Source: Brevibacterium luteolum
Lineage (GTDB): Bacteria > Actinomycetota > Actinomycetes > Actinomycetales > Brevibacteriaceae
Assembly (NCBI RefSeq): GCF_013004595.1
Contig: NZ_JABEMC010000006.1
Span: forward strand, 1-64,000
Direction: 5' to 3'
Length of the DNA stretch: 64,000 nt
The position numbers were made by a program, and so were the translations under genes. The notes under the pieces were generated by a model that saw only the letters and a program-made list of their open reading frames with translations, searched no databases and was not told the DNA's origin. Shown in pieces: positions 21,595 to 33,521 of this stretch (the first letter of the stretch is position 1; each line of letters begins with the position of its first letter).

Positions 21595-22057
21595 TACACC
21601 AGTGTGATTTGAGGCAGGTCAACGGTTTTGCACAAGCGGTGCGCACCGCCCACACCGGGCATCCACACCATGTGAACAACACGCGTGTAGTTCGCTTACC
21701 AGCACACATGCGGGCAGGCACGAACCGCGCCTGGCAAACACCCACGCCTGACGAGCCGCTCTATCCACAGCTGAAAATTCTCGCGAATATTTTCAGCCGC
21801 GTGTCGCAGACCCTCCGCCAGGCATGAATCCTGTGACCGGACCCGCCGTCGGTGCGTGACCGGACCCACAATGGGCACGCAGCCGGCGCCACAGCAGGCG
21901 ACCACCGCCTCGGGACCGGAAAACCGACCATGTCACACATGTGGCAGGCCTGTCACACCACGGTCAGCCAGACGTCAGTGCCGGCCGATAGTGTGGGAAC
22001 CACGCAGATGACCCCGCTGCGCCGGGCCGGGCCCGGGCAGGCAACATGAGGAGCACC

Positions 22058-23055
<998 letters not shown>

Positions 23056-23056
<1 letters not shown>

Positions 23057-23943
23057 TGACTGCCCTGCTGACGAAGGTCAAGGCGAACATGACGATCCAC
23101 GCGCACCGCAAGATGCGCGGGCTGCTCGAAGGCGAGTACGCCTCGATCTACCACGGCCACAGCATGGACTTCGATGACCTGCGCGAATACGTCGTCGGCG
23201 ACGAGATCCGCGACATCGACTGGAAGGCCACCGCCCGGCACACCTCTCCCCTGGTCAAGCGCTATGTCGCCCACCGCCGGCACGCCCTGGGCATCATCGC
23301 CGACTCCGGGCGCAACTTCGATGCCATCGCCGCCAGCGGTGAGAGCAAGCGCGAACTGGCGATCCTGCTCGCGGGCATGACCGGGTATCTGGCAGTGCGC
23401 CACGGCGATGACGTCATGCTCATGCACGGCGATGCCGAGCACACCGCGGCCAGCCGGCTCAAGGGCACCGAAGCTCACCTGGAGCAGCTGCTGCGCGGCA
23501 TCCAGTCCGCCGGCGGCCGCGGGCGCCCCTCGGATGTGCGCAGGCAGCTGACCTGGGCGGCAGAGCACCTCAGGCGGCGGATGATGCTCCTCGTCATCGC
23601 CGATGACATCGGCCTGGTGCGTGAGGACATGCCGCTGCTGCGCCGGCTGAGCGCCCAGCACGAGATGATGTGGCTGACAGTCTCCGATGCGCAGCTGACC
23701 GGCTTCGGCCGCGGCGCGGTGCCCTTCGACATCTCCGATGACCGGCACCTGCCGATCCCGCACGAGCTGCTCGGCGGCAAGGAGCTCGCTGAGCAGTACG
23801 CCCACGCCGAGGCCGAACGCAAGCACCGCACCGAGGGGTTCCTCCGCTCGGCCGGCATCGCCCATGTCCGTGTTGACGACTCCCGGCACGCGCTGCGCCA
23901 GCTGCGCCGGCTCATGAGGAAACAGCATGCTCTTCGCCGCTAG
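23056..23943 (+). CDS. DUF58 (VWA-like) protein
   Basis: GHSMDFDDLREYVVGDEIRDIDWKATAR. Confidence 0.92.
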
Positions 23944-24388
23944 CCTGCACCCGGCCCTGGGACCCAGCGACTGGTGGTATGCCGCAGTCGTGTTCGCCGC
24001 GCTGGCCGCTGCCGTGCTGCTGCTGTGGCCGCTGGGCGCGCGCGTCTACCGCGCCGGGCTGCGCGGTGGCGGCACCGCCAGAGTCCCGGAGCGCGTCCGG
24101 CACAAGTACCTGGTGACCGTCGACGAGGTCGGGAAGTCCTGGCAGGCCGGCGAGCTGTCCGACCGCGAGGTCGCCCACCGGCTCTCGGAGATCGTGCGCG
24201 ACTTCGCCCGCGACGCCTGGAACCTCAACATCCGGCACATGACCCTGCGCGAGCTCAAGGCCTTCCGGCTGGGCACCGTCGCCGAGGTCGTCGAGCGCCT
24301 GTATGCCGATGAGTTCGCCCGCGAGGAGCCGACGAACGCCGGCACTCAGCTTGCGCGTGTGAGGGGGCTGGTCGACAGATGGTCCTGA
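23927..24388 (+). CDS. membrane-anchored hypothetical protein of the MoxR operon
   Basis: N-terminal TM helix, MTLREL..LYADEF motif. Overlaps both neighbours. Confidence 0.75.
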   Translation: MLFAASLHPALGPSDWWYAAVVFAALAAAVLLLWPLGARVYRAGLRGGGTARVPERVRHKYLVTVDEVGKSWQAGELSDREVAHRLSEIVRDFARDAWNLNIRHMTLRELKAFRLGTVAEVVERLYADEFAREEPTNAGTQLARVRGLVDRWS

Positions 24389-25365
24389 CATTCTGGTGGC
24401 TGCCCTTAGCCCTCCTGCCCGTCCTGGCCGTGCTCATCTGGCTGCTCTCCCGGCCGCGCAAGCACGAGCGCCACGGCCGCGTCCCGGTTGCCCACATCGG
24501 CCGGCTCACCGCCCTGCCGGCCTTCGCCCGCGGCCGCAAGCGGCTGCTGCTCGGCGCACTCGCGGTCTTCCTCGTCACGCTGCTGCCGCTGCTCAGCGCG
24601 CTTGTCGGAGTCTCCCGGCCCTCGACCGTGCAGACGATCACCCCTGATCAGCACCGCCGCGACGTCGTACTCTGCCTCGACGCCTCAGGGTCGATGCTCA
24701 CCTACGACGCCGACATCGTCGACTCCTACATCCAGATGCTCGACTCCTTCCAAGGCGAGCGCATCGGCATGACCGTCTTCAACTCCACCGCCGTGACCGT
24801 CTTCCCGCTCACCGACGACTACGACATGGTCCGCGAATTCCTCGAAGAGGCCAAGGACGGTTTCGAGTCCTGGGGCACCGAGGGCACCGGCTTCATGGCC
24901 GGGACCATCGACCCGAACGTCAGCGGATCCTCACTCATCGGCGACGGGCTGGCCTCCTGCATCGGCTCCTTCGACAAGAAGGAGGACGAGGAGCGCTCCC
25001 GCTCGATCATCTTCGCCACCGACAACGAACTGGCCGGAGTGCCGATCTACCAGCTCAATGAGGCCACCGAGCTCGCCGTCGAACGCGACATCCGCGTCTA
25101 CACCCTCGCCCCGCCGTTCTCCTTCCTCGGCGCCGGCCCGATGGACGAGCTGAAGAACACCGCGAACAGCACCGGCGGGGAGCACTACTCACTCGGCGGG
25201 CAGTCCGCCGTTGACGGCATCGTGCGCTCGATCCAGGAAGAGGAGGCCAAGCTGACCGATGCCACCCCGGTCACGCTTGTCCACGACCGGCCAGTCGTGC
25301 CGCTGACCCTCACACTCATCGGCGTCATCATCGCCTTCGTCTTCGCATGGAGGTTCCGGCTATGA
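24379..25365 (+). CDS. membrane VWA domain protein (BatA-like)
   Basis: MIDAS DASGS, N- and C-terminal TM segments. Confidence 0.9.
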   Translation: MVLTFWWLPLALLPVLAVLIWLLSRPRKHERHGRVPVAHIGRLTALPAFARGRKRLLLGALAVFLVTLLPLLSALVGVSRPSTVQTITPDQHRRDVVLCLDASGSMLTYDADIVDSYIQMLDSFQGERIGMTVFNSTAVTVFPLTDDYDMVREFLEEAKDGFESWGTEGTGFMAGTIDPNVSGSSLIGDGLASCIGSFDKKEDEERSRSIIFATDNELAGVPIYQLNEATELAVERDIRVYTLAPPFSFLGAGPMDELKNTANSTGGEHYSLGGQSAVDGIVRSIQEEEAKLTDATPVTLVHDRPVVPLTLTLIGVIIAFVFAWRFRL

Positions 25366-26390
25366 GCATCGCCCCGATCATGCCGTGGCCGCTGCTGGCC
25401 GTGCTCGCCGTGCTGCTCATCGGCGGGTGCATCACCCTGGCGATCCTCATCCGCCGCCGGCGCATCGCCTGGATCCTGCGCGCCGTCGCTGCCGCCCTCC
25501 TCATCGGCGCATGCCTGCGACCGGGCGTACCGACCGAGGTCACCACCGAGGTGCCCGTCGCGGCAGCCGACGTATTCCTGCTCGTCGACACCACCGCCTC
25601 GGCGGTGGCCGAAGACTGGGACGGCGACAAGCCGCGGCTCGAGGGTGTGCGCGCCGATGTCGACGCGCTGCTCGAACAGCTGCCAGGCGCGCGCGTCAGC
25701 GTCATCACCTTCGACTCCCGTGCCAGCGTGCGGGTACCGCTGACGACCGATCATGCCGCAGTGCGCTCCGCTTTCGAGGTGATGCGCCCGGAGCGGACCA
25801 CCTCGTCGACCGGCAGCTCGGTCACCGCCGCCCGCGGTGAGCTGGCCTCCCGGCTGGACAAAAGCGAGGAGAACCATCCGGACAACCAGCGGTTCGTGTT
25901 CTACTTCGGCGACGGTGAGCAGACCTCCGATCAGCAGCCCGAGTCGCTGGCCGACATCGGCGACCGCATCGACGGCGGCGGGGTGTTCGGCTACGGTACC
26001 TCTGCTGGTGGGCGGATGCTGGAGACCGCCGGCTTCGACTGGTCGATCGACGGCAGCACGACCGATCCGGAACCACCTGAGTACATCCAGGACCCGGAGA
26101 CCGGCAAGGATGCCCTGTCGGTCATCGATGAGGACCAGCTCAAGGCCATCGCCAAGGACCTCGGGGTCGACTACACCCACCGCACCGCCGGCACCGAGCT
26201 GAAGGCGGCGGTGACGATGCCGGAGCTGGAAGAGCAGCACAACGACGAGCACGTCGCAGACGGCCGCAGCGACTACTTCTGGATTCCGCTGCTCGGCGTC
26301 ATCGCGCTGCTGACCGTCGACGCCGGGCGATCCCTGGGCCAGTTCCGGTCCCTCAACCGACTCTACGCACTGCTGAGGAGGTCACGGTGA
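25362..26390 (+). CDS. membrane VWA domain protein (BatB-like)
   Basis: DTTAS MIDAS variant, PLTTD, FGDGE, GYGTSAGG. Confidence 0.88.
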   Translation: MSIAPIMPWPLLAVLAVLLIGGCITLAILIRRRRIAWILRAVAAALLIGACLRPGVPTEVTTEVPVAAADVFLLVDTTASAVAEDWDGDKPRLEGVRADVDALLEQLPGARVSVITFDSRASVRVPLTTDHAAVRSAFEVMRPERTTSSTGSSVTAARGELASRLDKSEENHPDNQRFVFYFGDGEQTSDQQPESLADIGDRIDGGGVFGYGTSAGGRMLETAGFDWSIDGSTTDPEPPEYIQDPETGKDALSVIDEDQLKAIAKDLGVDYTHRTAGTELKAAVTMPELEEQHNDEHVADGRSDYFWIPLLGVIALLTVDAGRSLGQFRSLNRLYALLRRSR

Positions 26391-27334
26391 ACAACTCGAC
26401 TGACCGGCAGCCACAGGACCCGAAGAAGCATCCGGTTGCACAGCAGCCGGCAGAGTCCGCGCAGGCGAAACCGGGTGAGACAAAGCCAGGCGAAACGAAG
26501 GTTGATGCACAGGCGAAGCCGACCGCGGAACCGGAGAAGAAGCCGCGCCGCCGGCTGTGGCCGCACCTCATCCGCGGGACGCTGGGCGCTGCCTTGGCGC
26601 TCGTGTGCATCTACAGTCTTGTGTGCGTCTGGACGCTGCACAGCGCATCCCGGGCCTACAAGCAGGCGGACTACGACGAGACTGTCCGGCTCTCAAAGCG
26701 GTTCGAGAAGATCAGCCTCTTCGAACACCACAAGCCGCCGTTCAACATCGGCACCGTGGCAGCCGCCGAAAGCCGCTACGACGATGCCCAGCCCCTGCTC
26801 GAACGCGCCCTCGACCTCACGCCGGTGCGCGATGAGTGCGCTGTGCGGGTCAACCTCTCCTACGTCTACGAGCAGCAGGCCGAGGAGTTCAAGACCGCTG
26901 AGAGCACTGATGAGGCCAATGAGAAGTTCGATCTGGCCCGCACCACCCTCCAGGAGGCTCCTGAGGAGTGTCGGCCGGAAGGCAGCAGAAGCGACCAGCA
27001 GATGGACGAGTCCGAACAGCGCATCGATGAGTCCCAGGAGGACATGAACAACCCCGGCGACGGTGGCTACGGCGGCGACGATGGCGGTGACGGCTCCGGT
27101 GGAGACGACGAAGGCGGTGACGGCGGAGACGACTCCGGCGACGGCGGCGGTGGCGAGCCCGGTGACGGCGAGGGCTCTGGCGGCGATGGCAGCGACGGTG
27201 GTGGTCAGGAGACCGAAGCCGAACGCAAACAGCGTGAGCTCGAGGAGCGCAACCGGGAGGCCGACCAGCGTCAGCGCGACGATGAGGACGACCGGGGCGA
27301 CAACAGCAGCGGCAGCGACACCAAACCCTGGTGA
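26387..27334 (+). CDS. TPR-like protein with Gly/Asp-rich linker (BatC-like)
   Basis: TM segment, FNIGT...A.PLLERAL helices, low-complexity GDDGG tract, C-terminal KPW. Confidence 0.75.
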   Translation: MNNSTDRQPQDPKKHPVAQQPAESAQAKPGETKPGETKVDAQAKPTAEPEKKPRRRLWPHLIRGTLGAALALVCIYSLVCVWTLHSASRAYKQADYDETVRLSKRFEKISLFEHHKPPFNIGTVAAAESRYDDAQPLLERALDLTPVRDECAVRVNLSYVYEQQAEEFKTAESTDEANEKFDLARTTLQEAPEECRPEGSRSDQQMDESEQRIDESQEDMNNPGDGGYGGDDGGDGSGGDDEGGDGGDDSGDGGGGEPGDGEGSGGDGSDGGGQETEAERKQRELEERNREADQRQRDDEDDRGDNSSGSDTKPW

Positions 27335-27377
27335 CGAGGCGCCCGCACAGCCGCATGGCTGCGGCCGGGGCCGGGTC

Positions 27378-28892
27378 TCAGCGGTGGGCTGTGGTGGTCT
27401 CGCGCAGCAGGAAGGCGATGCCGATCGCCTGCAGGTGGCCGGGTTCGCGCGGGTCGTAGCCGAGGATCTGGCGGATCCGCTCCAGCCGGGCGCGCACCGT
27501 GTGGCGGTGCACGCCGAGGGCCTGAGCGACCGCATCACGGTTGCCGCCAGCTGAGGCGAAGTGCTCTAAAGTGCGCATGAGGATCCCGTCGTCATCGGCT
27601 GCAGTGAGCGGGCCGAGGGTGCGCTGGACGAAATCGGCGGCGGCCTCGCGGCTGACAGAGGCGAGCAGCTGCCCCAGCTGTGAGCGGCGATCGCCAGCAC
27701 CGTAGCGCCACTCATGCCACCGATCATGCACCTGGTCGGGGGTGCCGTCCGACCAATCGGTCACCGGGATGCCGAGCGCACGGCAGATGGCCTCGACCAA
27801 GCCGCGCAGCCCTGGCGGGCAGATGAGCGCCGTTCCCGAGGTGGTGGGATGGTGGAACACGCCCGGGCTGAGATCGGTGAGAAGCGCGTCGAATCGGGAG
27901 TTCGCCCCGCTTTCCTCGCTGTGCTCTGCCGCCCGCTCGCCGCCGGCAATCGCGAAGCTCAGCGCGGCTGGCAGGCTGAAGCCGGTGGAATCTGCGAAGC
28001 GCTCAGGCAGTTCATCGGCCCCGATGAGCCCGGTGCACAGCTGTGCGGCCAGCTCTCGGCGATCGGCCAGCCGGGTGTCCTGCAGCGCCAGCAGCGCTGC
28101 CGCGGTCGCCAGCAGCAGGGTGCGAGAATTGTGCCGGTCCCCACCGGGCCGGGTGCCGGCGACCGGGGTGAGCAGCCAACCGGTCACCGTCTCCGAGCCG
28201 ACCGGGATCGCCTCCAGATCCGAACCGGCCACCACCTCGGGCGCGGTGGCCCGCAGCAGCCGGGGCGCGGTCCCACCGGCGGCGGCAGCGGTGATGAGCT
28301 CCTCGCGCAACAGGCCCGGCAGCCCCTGGCGGGCGGCCACACGTTCGGTGGTGCCGAGCAGCCGGCCGGTCGGTGAGGCGAGCGCGACCGGGGCGCCAAG
28401 CGCCCGGGAGATCTCGGCCAGCAGGGCGTTCGTGCCGCGGGCGGCCAAGGCGGTGGCGAAGCGGCGCTGGGTGCGCACGAGCGCTGAGACCTCGTGGGCG
28501 GATTCGCTTTCGCGCAGACGGGTGAAAGCCTCGACAACAGCGACGAAGGGCACCGGTTCGGGCACCATGAACAGCGGCAGCCCGACCGCGCGGGCGTGGG
28601 TGATGAGCTGCTCGGGCGCGCGGGCGTTCGGCAGGTGCTCGCCGAGCCCGATGCCCAGTGCGACGGCTCCTGCGGCGTGGACGCGGCGGATGTAGTCGGC
28701 GGCGTCCGGGGAGTCGAGGTCCTGCAGCGCGCCGATGGTGAGCAGCACCTCGCCGCCGGCCAGCCACTGGTCGACCGAGGGCAGCTCGGACGAGTGCACG
28801 ATCGTCACCGGTGCGCTGCGGCAGCCTGGCGGATCGGAGACGACCTGCAGGTGCAGTTCGGGCAGGGAGAGCAGCTGTCCAAGAGTGACCAC
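27378..28892 (-). CDS. PucR family transcriptional regulator; start approximate
   Basis: VHSSEL..WLAGGEVLLT N-domain and ALGVHRHTVRARLERI HTH. Confidence 0.9.
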   Translation of the reverse strand: MVTLGQLLSLPELHLQVVSDPPGCRSAPVTIVHSSELPSVDQWLAGGEVLLTIGALQDLDSPDAADYIRRVHAAGAVALGIGLGEHLPNARAPEQLITHARAVGLPLFMVPEPVPFVAVVEAFTRLRESESAHEVSALVRTQRRFATALAARGTNALLAEISRALGAPVALASPTGRLLGTTERVAARQGLPGLLREELITAAAAGGTAPRLLRATAPEVVAGSDLEAIPVGSETVTGWLLTPVAGTRPGGDRHNSRTLLLATAAALLALQDTRLADRRELAAQLCTGLIGADELPERFADSTGFSLPAALSFAIAGGERAAEHSEESGANSRFDALLTDLSPGVFHHPTTSGTALICPPGLRGLVEAICRALGIPVTDWSDGTPDQVHDRWHEWRYGAGDRRSQLGQLLASVSREAAADFVQRTLGPLTAADDDGILMRTLEHFASAGGNRDAVAQALGVHRHTVRARLERIRQILGYDPREPGHLQAIGIAFLLRETTTAHR

Positions 28893-29048
28893 AACGCTGA
28901 TTCTATCCGTGGTGGACTGTGATTGCCCACACCCTGCCATGGTGGACATATCGGTGGTTGTGCACATACCCGTAGGGTGGGTCTGCCGTCAGCGGGCAGA
29001 GCTGCCTGCGCACGCGGCCGAGCATTCCGAGACGAGAGAGGATTCGCG

Positions 29049-30080
29049 ATGACGAATGAGACCACCCCGCTGGGTCCAGCGGACTACAGCCTGACACCCC
29101 GGTTTGCCGGACCGCCGACCTTCGGGCTGCTGCCGCGCATCGACGAGGTCGAGGCCGCCCGACCCGGCGCGCCGATCGACGTCAAAGTCCTCGGCGTGCC
29201 CTTCGACGCCGGTGTCAGCTACCGGCCCGGCGCCCGCTTCGGCCCGGCCCACATCCGCCAGTCCTCGAAGCTGCTGCGCCCATACAACCAGGCCACCGGC
29301 ATGCACCCGTTCTCCGCTCAGCAGGTCGCCGACTGCGGCGACCTGGGCGTCAACCCCTTCAACATCGAAGAGGCCATCACCACCGTCGAGAACAACGCCG
29401 ATGCGCTGCGCGCTGATGGCGCGAAGCTGCTGACGCTCGGCGGCGACCACACCCTGGCCCTGCCGAACATCCGCTCGGTGGCCAAGACCCACGGGAAGAT
29501 CGCCGTGCTGCACTTCGACGCCCACCTCGACACCTGGGACACCTATATGGGTGCCCCGTACACGCACGGCACCCCGTTCCGCCGCGCCAGCGAAGAGGGT
29601 CTGCTCGATCTGGAGCGCTGCATGCACGTCGGCATCCGCGGCCCGCTCTACGGTGCCAAAGACCTCGAAGACGATGAGGTGCTCGGCTTCCAGATCATCC
29701 GTTCCGATGACTTCCAGTTCTCCCCGGTCTCCGACATCGTCGCCCGGATGCGCCGCCGCCTCGGCGATGCCCCGGTCTACATCTCCATCGACATCGACGT
29801 CCTCGACCCGGCCGCAGCACCTGGCACCGGCACCCCGGAAGCCGGCGGGCTGACGAGCCGTGAGCTCATGAACGCCGTGCGCGGACTGCAGGGCCTCAAC
29901 GTCGTCGGCGCTGAGATCGTCGAAGTCGCCCCCGCCTACGACCACGCCGAGATCACCGGCCTGGCCGCAGCCCAGCTCGGCTACGAGCTGCTGAGCCTGT
30001 GGGCCGCCGATGCCGGCGGACACAGCGAACCCAGCGGCCCGGCCGCGACCGGCCTCGGCTTCGGGAAGGAGGACGCATGA
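29049..30080 (+). CDS. ureohydrolase: agmatinase/guanidinobutyrase
   Basis: [37 protein letters not shown]. Confidence 0.93.
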   Translation: MTNETTPLGPADYSLTPRFAGPPTFGLLPRIDEVEAARPGAPIDVKVLGVPFDAGVSYRPGARFGPAHIRQSSKLLRPYNQATGMHPFSAQQVADCGDLGVNPFNIEEAITTVENNADALRADGAKLLTLGGDHTLALPNIRSVAKTHGKIAVLHFDAHLDTWDTYMGAPYTHGTPFRRASEEGLLDLERCMHVGIRGPLYGAKDLEDDEVLGFQIIRSDDFQFSPVSDIVARMRRRLGDAPVYISIDIDVLDPAAAPGTGTPEAGGLTSRELMNAVRGLQGLNVVGAEIVEVAPAYDHAEITGLAAAQLGYELLSLWAADAGGHSEPSGPAATGLGFGKEDA

Positions 30081-31777
30081 CCCAGGAGACCACACTGGCC
30101 GCGGCGACCACCGCCTCGGCGACGGAAAAGCGCTTCCACAACGGCGGCCTGGCCGTCGTCGCAGCGCTGGCCGCCCACGGCGTCGACATGATCTTCGGGA
30201 TCCCCGGCACCCACAACCTGGAGTTCTACCGGCACCTGCCCGACTTCGGGATCCGGGCGATCACCCCGCGCCACGAACAGGGCGCCGGCTACGGGGCCGA
30301 CGGGTACTTCCTCGTCTCCGGCAAGCCCGGGGTCGTCATCACCACCTCGGGGCCGGGGCTGACGAACGTCATCACCGCCGCGGCGACCGCCTACGCCGAA
30401 TCGCGGCCGATGCTCATCCTCTCCCCCGGTGTGCCGATCGGCTTGGAACGCGCTGACATCGGCATGCTGCACGAGACGAAGGACTCCTCCGGGGCGCTGT
30501 CGCACCTGCTCGTGTCCTCGCGTCGCACCCGCACCGCCGAGGGCGCCGCGCAGGCGGTGGCCGATGCGTTCGCGCTCTTCGCCTCCGAACGGCCCGGACC
30601 GGTCCACATCGAGGTGCCCCTCGACGTGCTCGAAGGCCAGTGGTGGGGTGCCGTCCCGGCCCCGCAGGCCCCGCGCCGCCCGGTACTCGACATGGACATG
30701 GTCGCCACCGCCGCCGAGGCGCTGGCCGGTTCCCGGACGCCGCTCATCGTCGCAGGCGGCGGGGCGCGCCGGGCTGCTGCCGAGGTCAGGGCGCTGGCCG
30801 AGGCGCTCGACGCGCCGGTCGTCACGACCGCCAACGGCAAGGGCATCCTCGATGAGGACCATCCACTCTCACTCGGCGCCAACGTCAGGTTCCCGGCCAT
30901 CCAGCGCGCCTCGGCCGAGGCTGATGTGCTGCTCGTGCTCGGCTCCGAGCTGGCAGATTCCGACCTGTGGGGCGGGCGCATCGGTACCGATGGCGACAGT
31001 GCGGCCGACGGCGCGGAGGCTGGGGCCGGTTCCACGGCCGCGCAGACGGTCATCCGCTGCGATATCGACCCCGATCAGCTGAACAAGAACCTGCGCGGCA
31101 ACATCCACGCCTTCGCCGACTGCACCGACTTCCTCACCGCGCTGCTGGAGCATGAAGCGCTGCACGGTGCCGGCGAGCGCCACGGACAGAACCGGTCCAC
31201 GGCGCTCACCGAGGCCTACCAGGCCGATTTCGACTTCGCGTCGACGAACGTGCACCTGCACGAGGTCATCACCGCAGCCGCCGGTGCCGATGTCATCATC
31301 GCCGGTGACTCCTCGCAGATCACCTACGACGGCACGGTGCACGCGCTGACTGCCCACACCCCGGACCAGCTGCTGTACATGCCAGGCTTCGCAACCCTGG
31401 GCTACGGCATCCCGGCAGCGATCGGAGCGAAGCTCGCCGCCCCGCCTCGGCCGGTCGTGTGCGTCGTCGGCGATGGTGCGGCGATGTTCTCCATCCAGGA
31501 GATCGTCACCGCCGTCGAACTCAGGCTGCCGATCCCCTTCGTCATCGTCGACAACGGCGGCTACGCGGAGATCGAACACCAGATGGAGGACCGGGACATG
31601 GACCCCTATGCCGTCAGGCTGCACCGGCCCGACTTCGCCGCCCTCGGCGAGTCGATGGGCGCCCGCGGTGTGACGATCAGCGCTGATGCCATCGACACCG
31701 AGCTCGCCGAGGCGATCCGCACCACCCTGGCCGGCGACCGGCCGGCCGTCATCCGGGTCACCTTGCCCGGTGCCTGA
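30077..31777 (+). CDS. TPP-dependent decarboxylase, 2-ketoarginine decarboxylase (AruI)-like
   Basis: [36 protein letters not shown]...DNGGY TPP motif. Confidence 0.82.
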   Translation: MTQETTLAAATTASATEKRFHNGGLAVVAALAAHGVDMIFGIPGTHNLEFYRHLPDFGIRAITPRHEQGAGYGADGYFLVSGKPGVVITTSGPGLTNVITAAATAYAESRPMLILSPGVPIGLERADIGMLHETKDSSGALSHLLVSSRRTRTAEGAAQAVADAFALFASERPGPVHIEVPLDVLEGQWWGAVPAPQAPRRPVLDMDMVATAAEALAGSRTPLIVAGGGARRAAAEVRALAEALDAPVVTTANGKGILDEDHPLSLGANVRFPAIQRASAEADVLLVLGSELADSDLWGGRIGTDGDSAADGAEAGAGSTAAQTVIRCDIDPDQLNKNLRGNIHAFADCTDFLTALLEHEALHGAGERHGQNRSTALTEAYQADFDFASTNVHLHEVITAAAGADVIIAGDSSQITYDGTVHALTAHTPDQLLYMPGFATLGYGIPAAIGAKLAAPPRPVVCVVGDGAAMFSIQEIVTAVELRLPIPFVIVDNGGYAEIEHQMEDRDMDPYAVRLHRPDFAALGESMGARGVTISADAIDTELAEAIRTTLAGDRPAVIRVTLPGA

Positions 31778-31782
31778 CCGCG

Positions 31783-31816
31783 GGGCCGGCAGTCCCCGGG
31801 CCGGCAGTCCCCGGGC
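31783..31816 (+). repeat. 15-bp tandem duplication
   Basis: GGGCCGGCAGTCCCC x2 plus GGGC. Confidence 0.7.
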
Positions 31817-31979
31817 TGACAGCTTCAGGCTGACGGACCCGGGCCTGCGGTGCCCGCAGCTCACCCCTTGAGCACCGGCGCTTGCGTCGTTCACAGCTCC
31901 ATCCCCCGGCGCGAACACCCGCCTGCGGGCACGCCACGCACCACCGACCCGCTGCCTCCGGGCACAGAAAGGACACACC

Positions 31980-33443
31980 ATGGACATTGCAGTCGTCGTC
32001 CTCTACCTCATCGGCATGCTCGCCGTGGGCGTCTGGGGACGCATGCGGGCGAAGAACCAAGAGGAATACCTCGTCGCCGGCCGCCGCCTCGGTCCCCTGC
32101 TCTTCACCGGCACCATGGCCGCCGTTGTCCTCGGAGGGGCCTCGACCGTCGGCGGCATCGGGCTGGGCTATATGAACGGCATCTCCGGCATGTGGCTGGT
32201 CTTCTTCATCGGCTTCGGCATCATCGCCCTATCCCTGCTCTTCGCCCCGCGCATCCAGCGTCTGGAGATCTACACGGTCTCCCAGATGCTCGAACTGCGC
32301 TACGGGAAGGGTTCGCGCATGGTCTCGGGCATCATCATGACCGGCTACGGGCTCATGATCTCGACGACCTCGACAGTCGCCTACGGCACGATCTTCCACG
32401 CCCTGTTCGGCATCGACAAGGTCCCGGCGATCCTGCTCGGCGGTTCGATCGTCATCATCTACTCGATGCTCGGCGGCATGTGGTCGATCACCCTGACCGA
32501 CTTCGTGCAGTTCATCATCCAGACCATCGGCATCTTCCTCATCCTGCTGCCGATCGTGCTGACGAAAGCCGGCGGCCTCGGCACGCTCAAAGCTGAGCTG
32601 CCCGACGAGATGTTCAACCCGCTGGCCACCGGCTGGGACACCATCCTCATGTACTTCCTCGTCTACGGCCTCGGCCTGCTCATCGGCCAGGACATCTGGC
32701 AGCGCGTCTTCACCGCCCGCACCCCCGGCGTGGCGCGCTGGGGCGGCGTCTCGGCCGGTGTCTACTGCCTGTTCTATGCGGTGGCCGGAGCGCTCGTCGG
32801 TGTGGCCACACAGAAGATCGTGCCCGGCATCGCCGAACGCGATGACGTCTTCCCCGCCGTCGTCGACGCCACGATGTCACCGCTCATCGCCGGCTTCGTC
32901 CTCGCCGCCGCACTCTCAGCTGTCATGTCGACGTCCTCAGGTGCGCTGCTGGCGGCCTCGACAGTGTTCCGCCAGGACGTCATCGAGCCCGTCTTCGAAA
33001 GCCGCCGGATCGCCAAGTCCGGTTCCGACGGCGGACTCGGCGGCCAGCTGGCCGGTGCACTCGTGCGCGAGACCGGCGACGAGGTCCGCGACTCCCGCGT
33101 CTACCTCGTCCTGCTGGGCATCGTCACCCTGCTGTTGGCGATCGCGATGCCCGATGTCGTCATGGCGCTCACGGTCGCCTACAACCTGCTCGTCGGCGGC
33201 CTGTTCGTCCCGATCGTCGGCGGGCTCATCTGGAAGCGCGGCACCATCGTCGGCGTGCTCGCGGCAATGGTCGCCGGTGCGGCCACCGCGATCGGCATCA
33301 TGGCCTTCGTCGACGTGTTCGCCAACTCCGCGATCTACCTGGCGCTCACCGCCTCAGCTGTCGCCTACGTCATCGGCTCGCTTGCCTCCAAGCCCACCGA
33401 TCCTGCGGTCATGACCGCGTGGCGGGAGCGCCTGGCACGCTGA
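31980..33443 (+). CDS. sodium:solute symporter
   Basis: EYLVAGRRLG, GGMWSITLTDFVQ, QDIWQRVFTA, SAVMST. About 13 hydrophobic segments. Confidence 0.93.
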   Translation: MDIAVVVLYLIGMLAVGVWGRMRAKNQEEYLVAGRRLGPLLFTGTMAAVVLGGASTVGGIGLGYMNGISGMWLVFFIGFGIIALSLLFAPRIQRLEIYTVSQMLELRYGKGSRMVSGIIMTGYGLMISTTSTVAYGTIFHALFGIDKVPAILLGGSIVIIYSMLGGMWSITLTDFVQFIIQTIGIFLILLPIVLTKAGGLGTLKAELPDEMFNPLATGWDTILMYFLVYGLGLLIGQDIWQRVFTARTPGVARWGGVSAGVYCLFYAVAGALVGVATQKIVPGIAERDDVFPAVVDATMSPLIAGFVLAAALSAVMSTSSGALLAASTVFRQDVIEPVFESRRIAKSGSDGGLGGQLAGALVRETGDEVRDSRVYLVLLGIVTLLLAIAMPDVVMALTVAYNLLVGGLFVPIVGGLIWKRGTIVGVLAAMVAGAATAIGIMAFVDVFANSAIYLALTASAVAYVIGSLASKPTDPAVMTAWRERLAR

Positions 33444-33478
33444 TACGGCGCTGCGCGCCGCTGCTGGCGTGAATGCAG

Positions 33479-33514
33479 GCGGGCCCGGTGACTCTCAGAA
33501 GTCACCGGGCCCGC
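33479..33514. terminator. bidirectional terminator hairpin
   Basis: Perfect 15-bp IR GCGGGCCCGGTGACT/AGTCACCGGGCCCGC between convergent genes. Confidence 0.75.
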
Positions 33515-33521
33515 TGTCGTC

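Noticed and set aside
27050..27210. GGC/GAC-rich repeat tract
   Set aside because: It is a low-complexity Gly/Asp coding linker, not an independent repeat element.
31778..31979. Possible guanidine riboswitch before the symporter
   Set aside because: I could not find ykkC, twin ACGR-loop or ykkC-III motifs, only a 15-bp tandem duplication.
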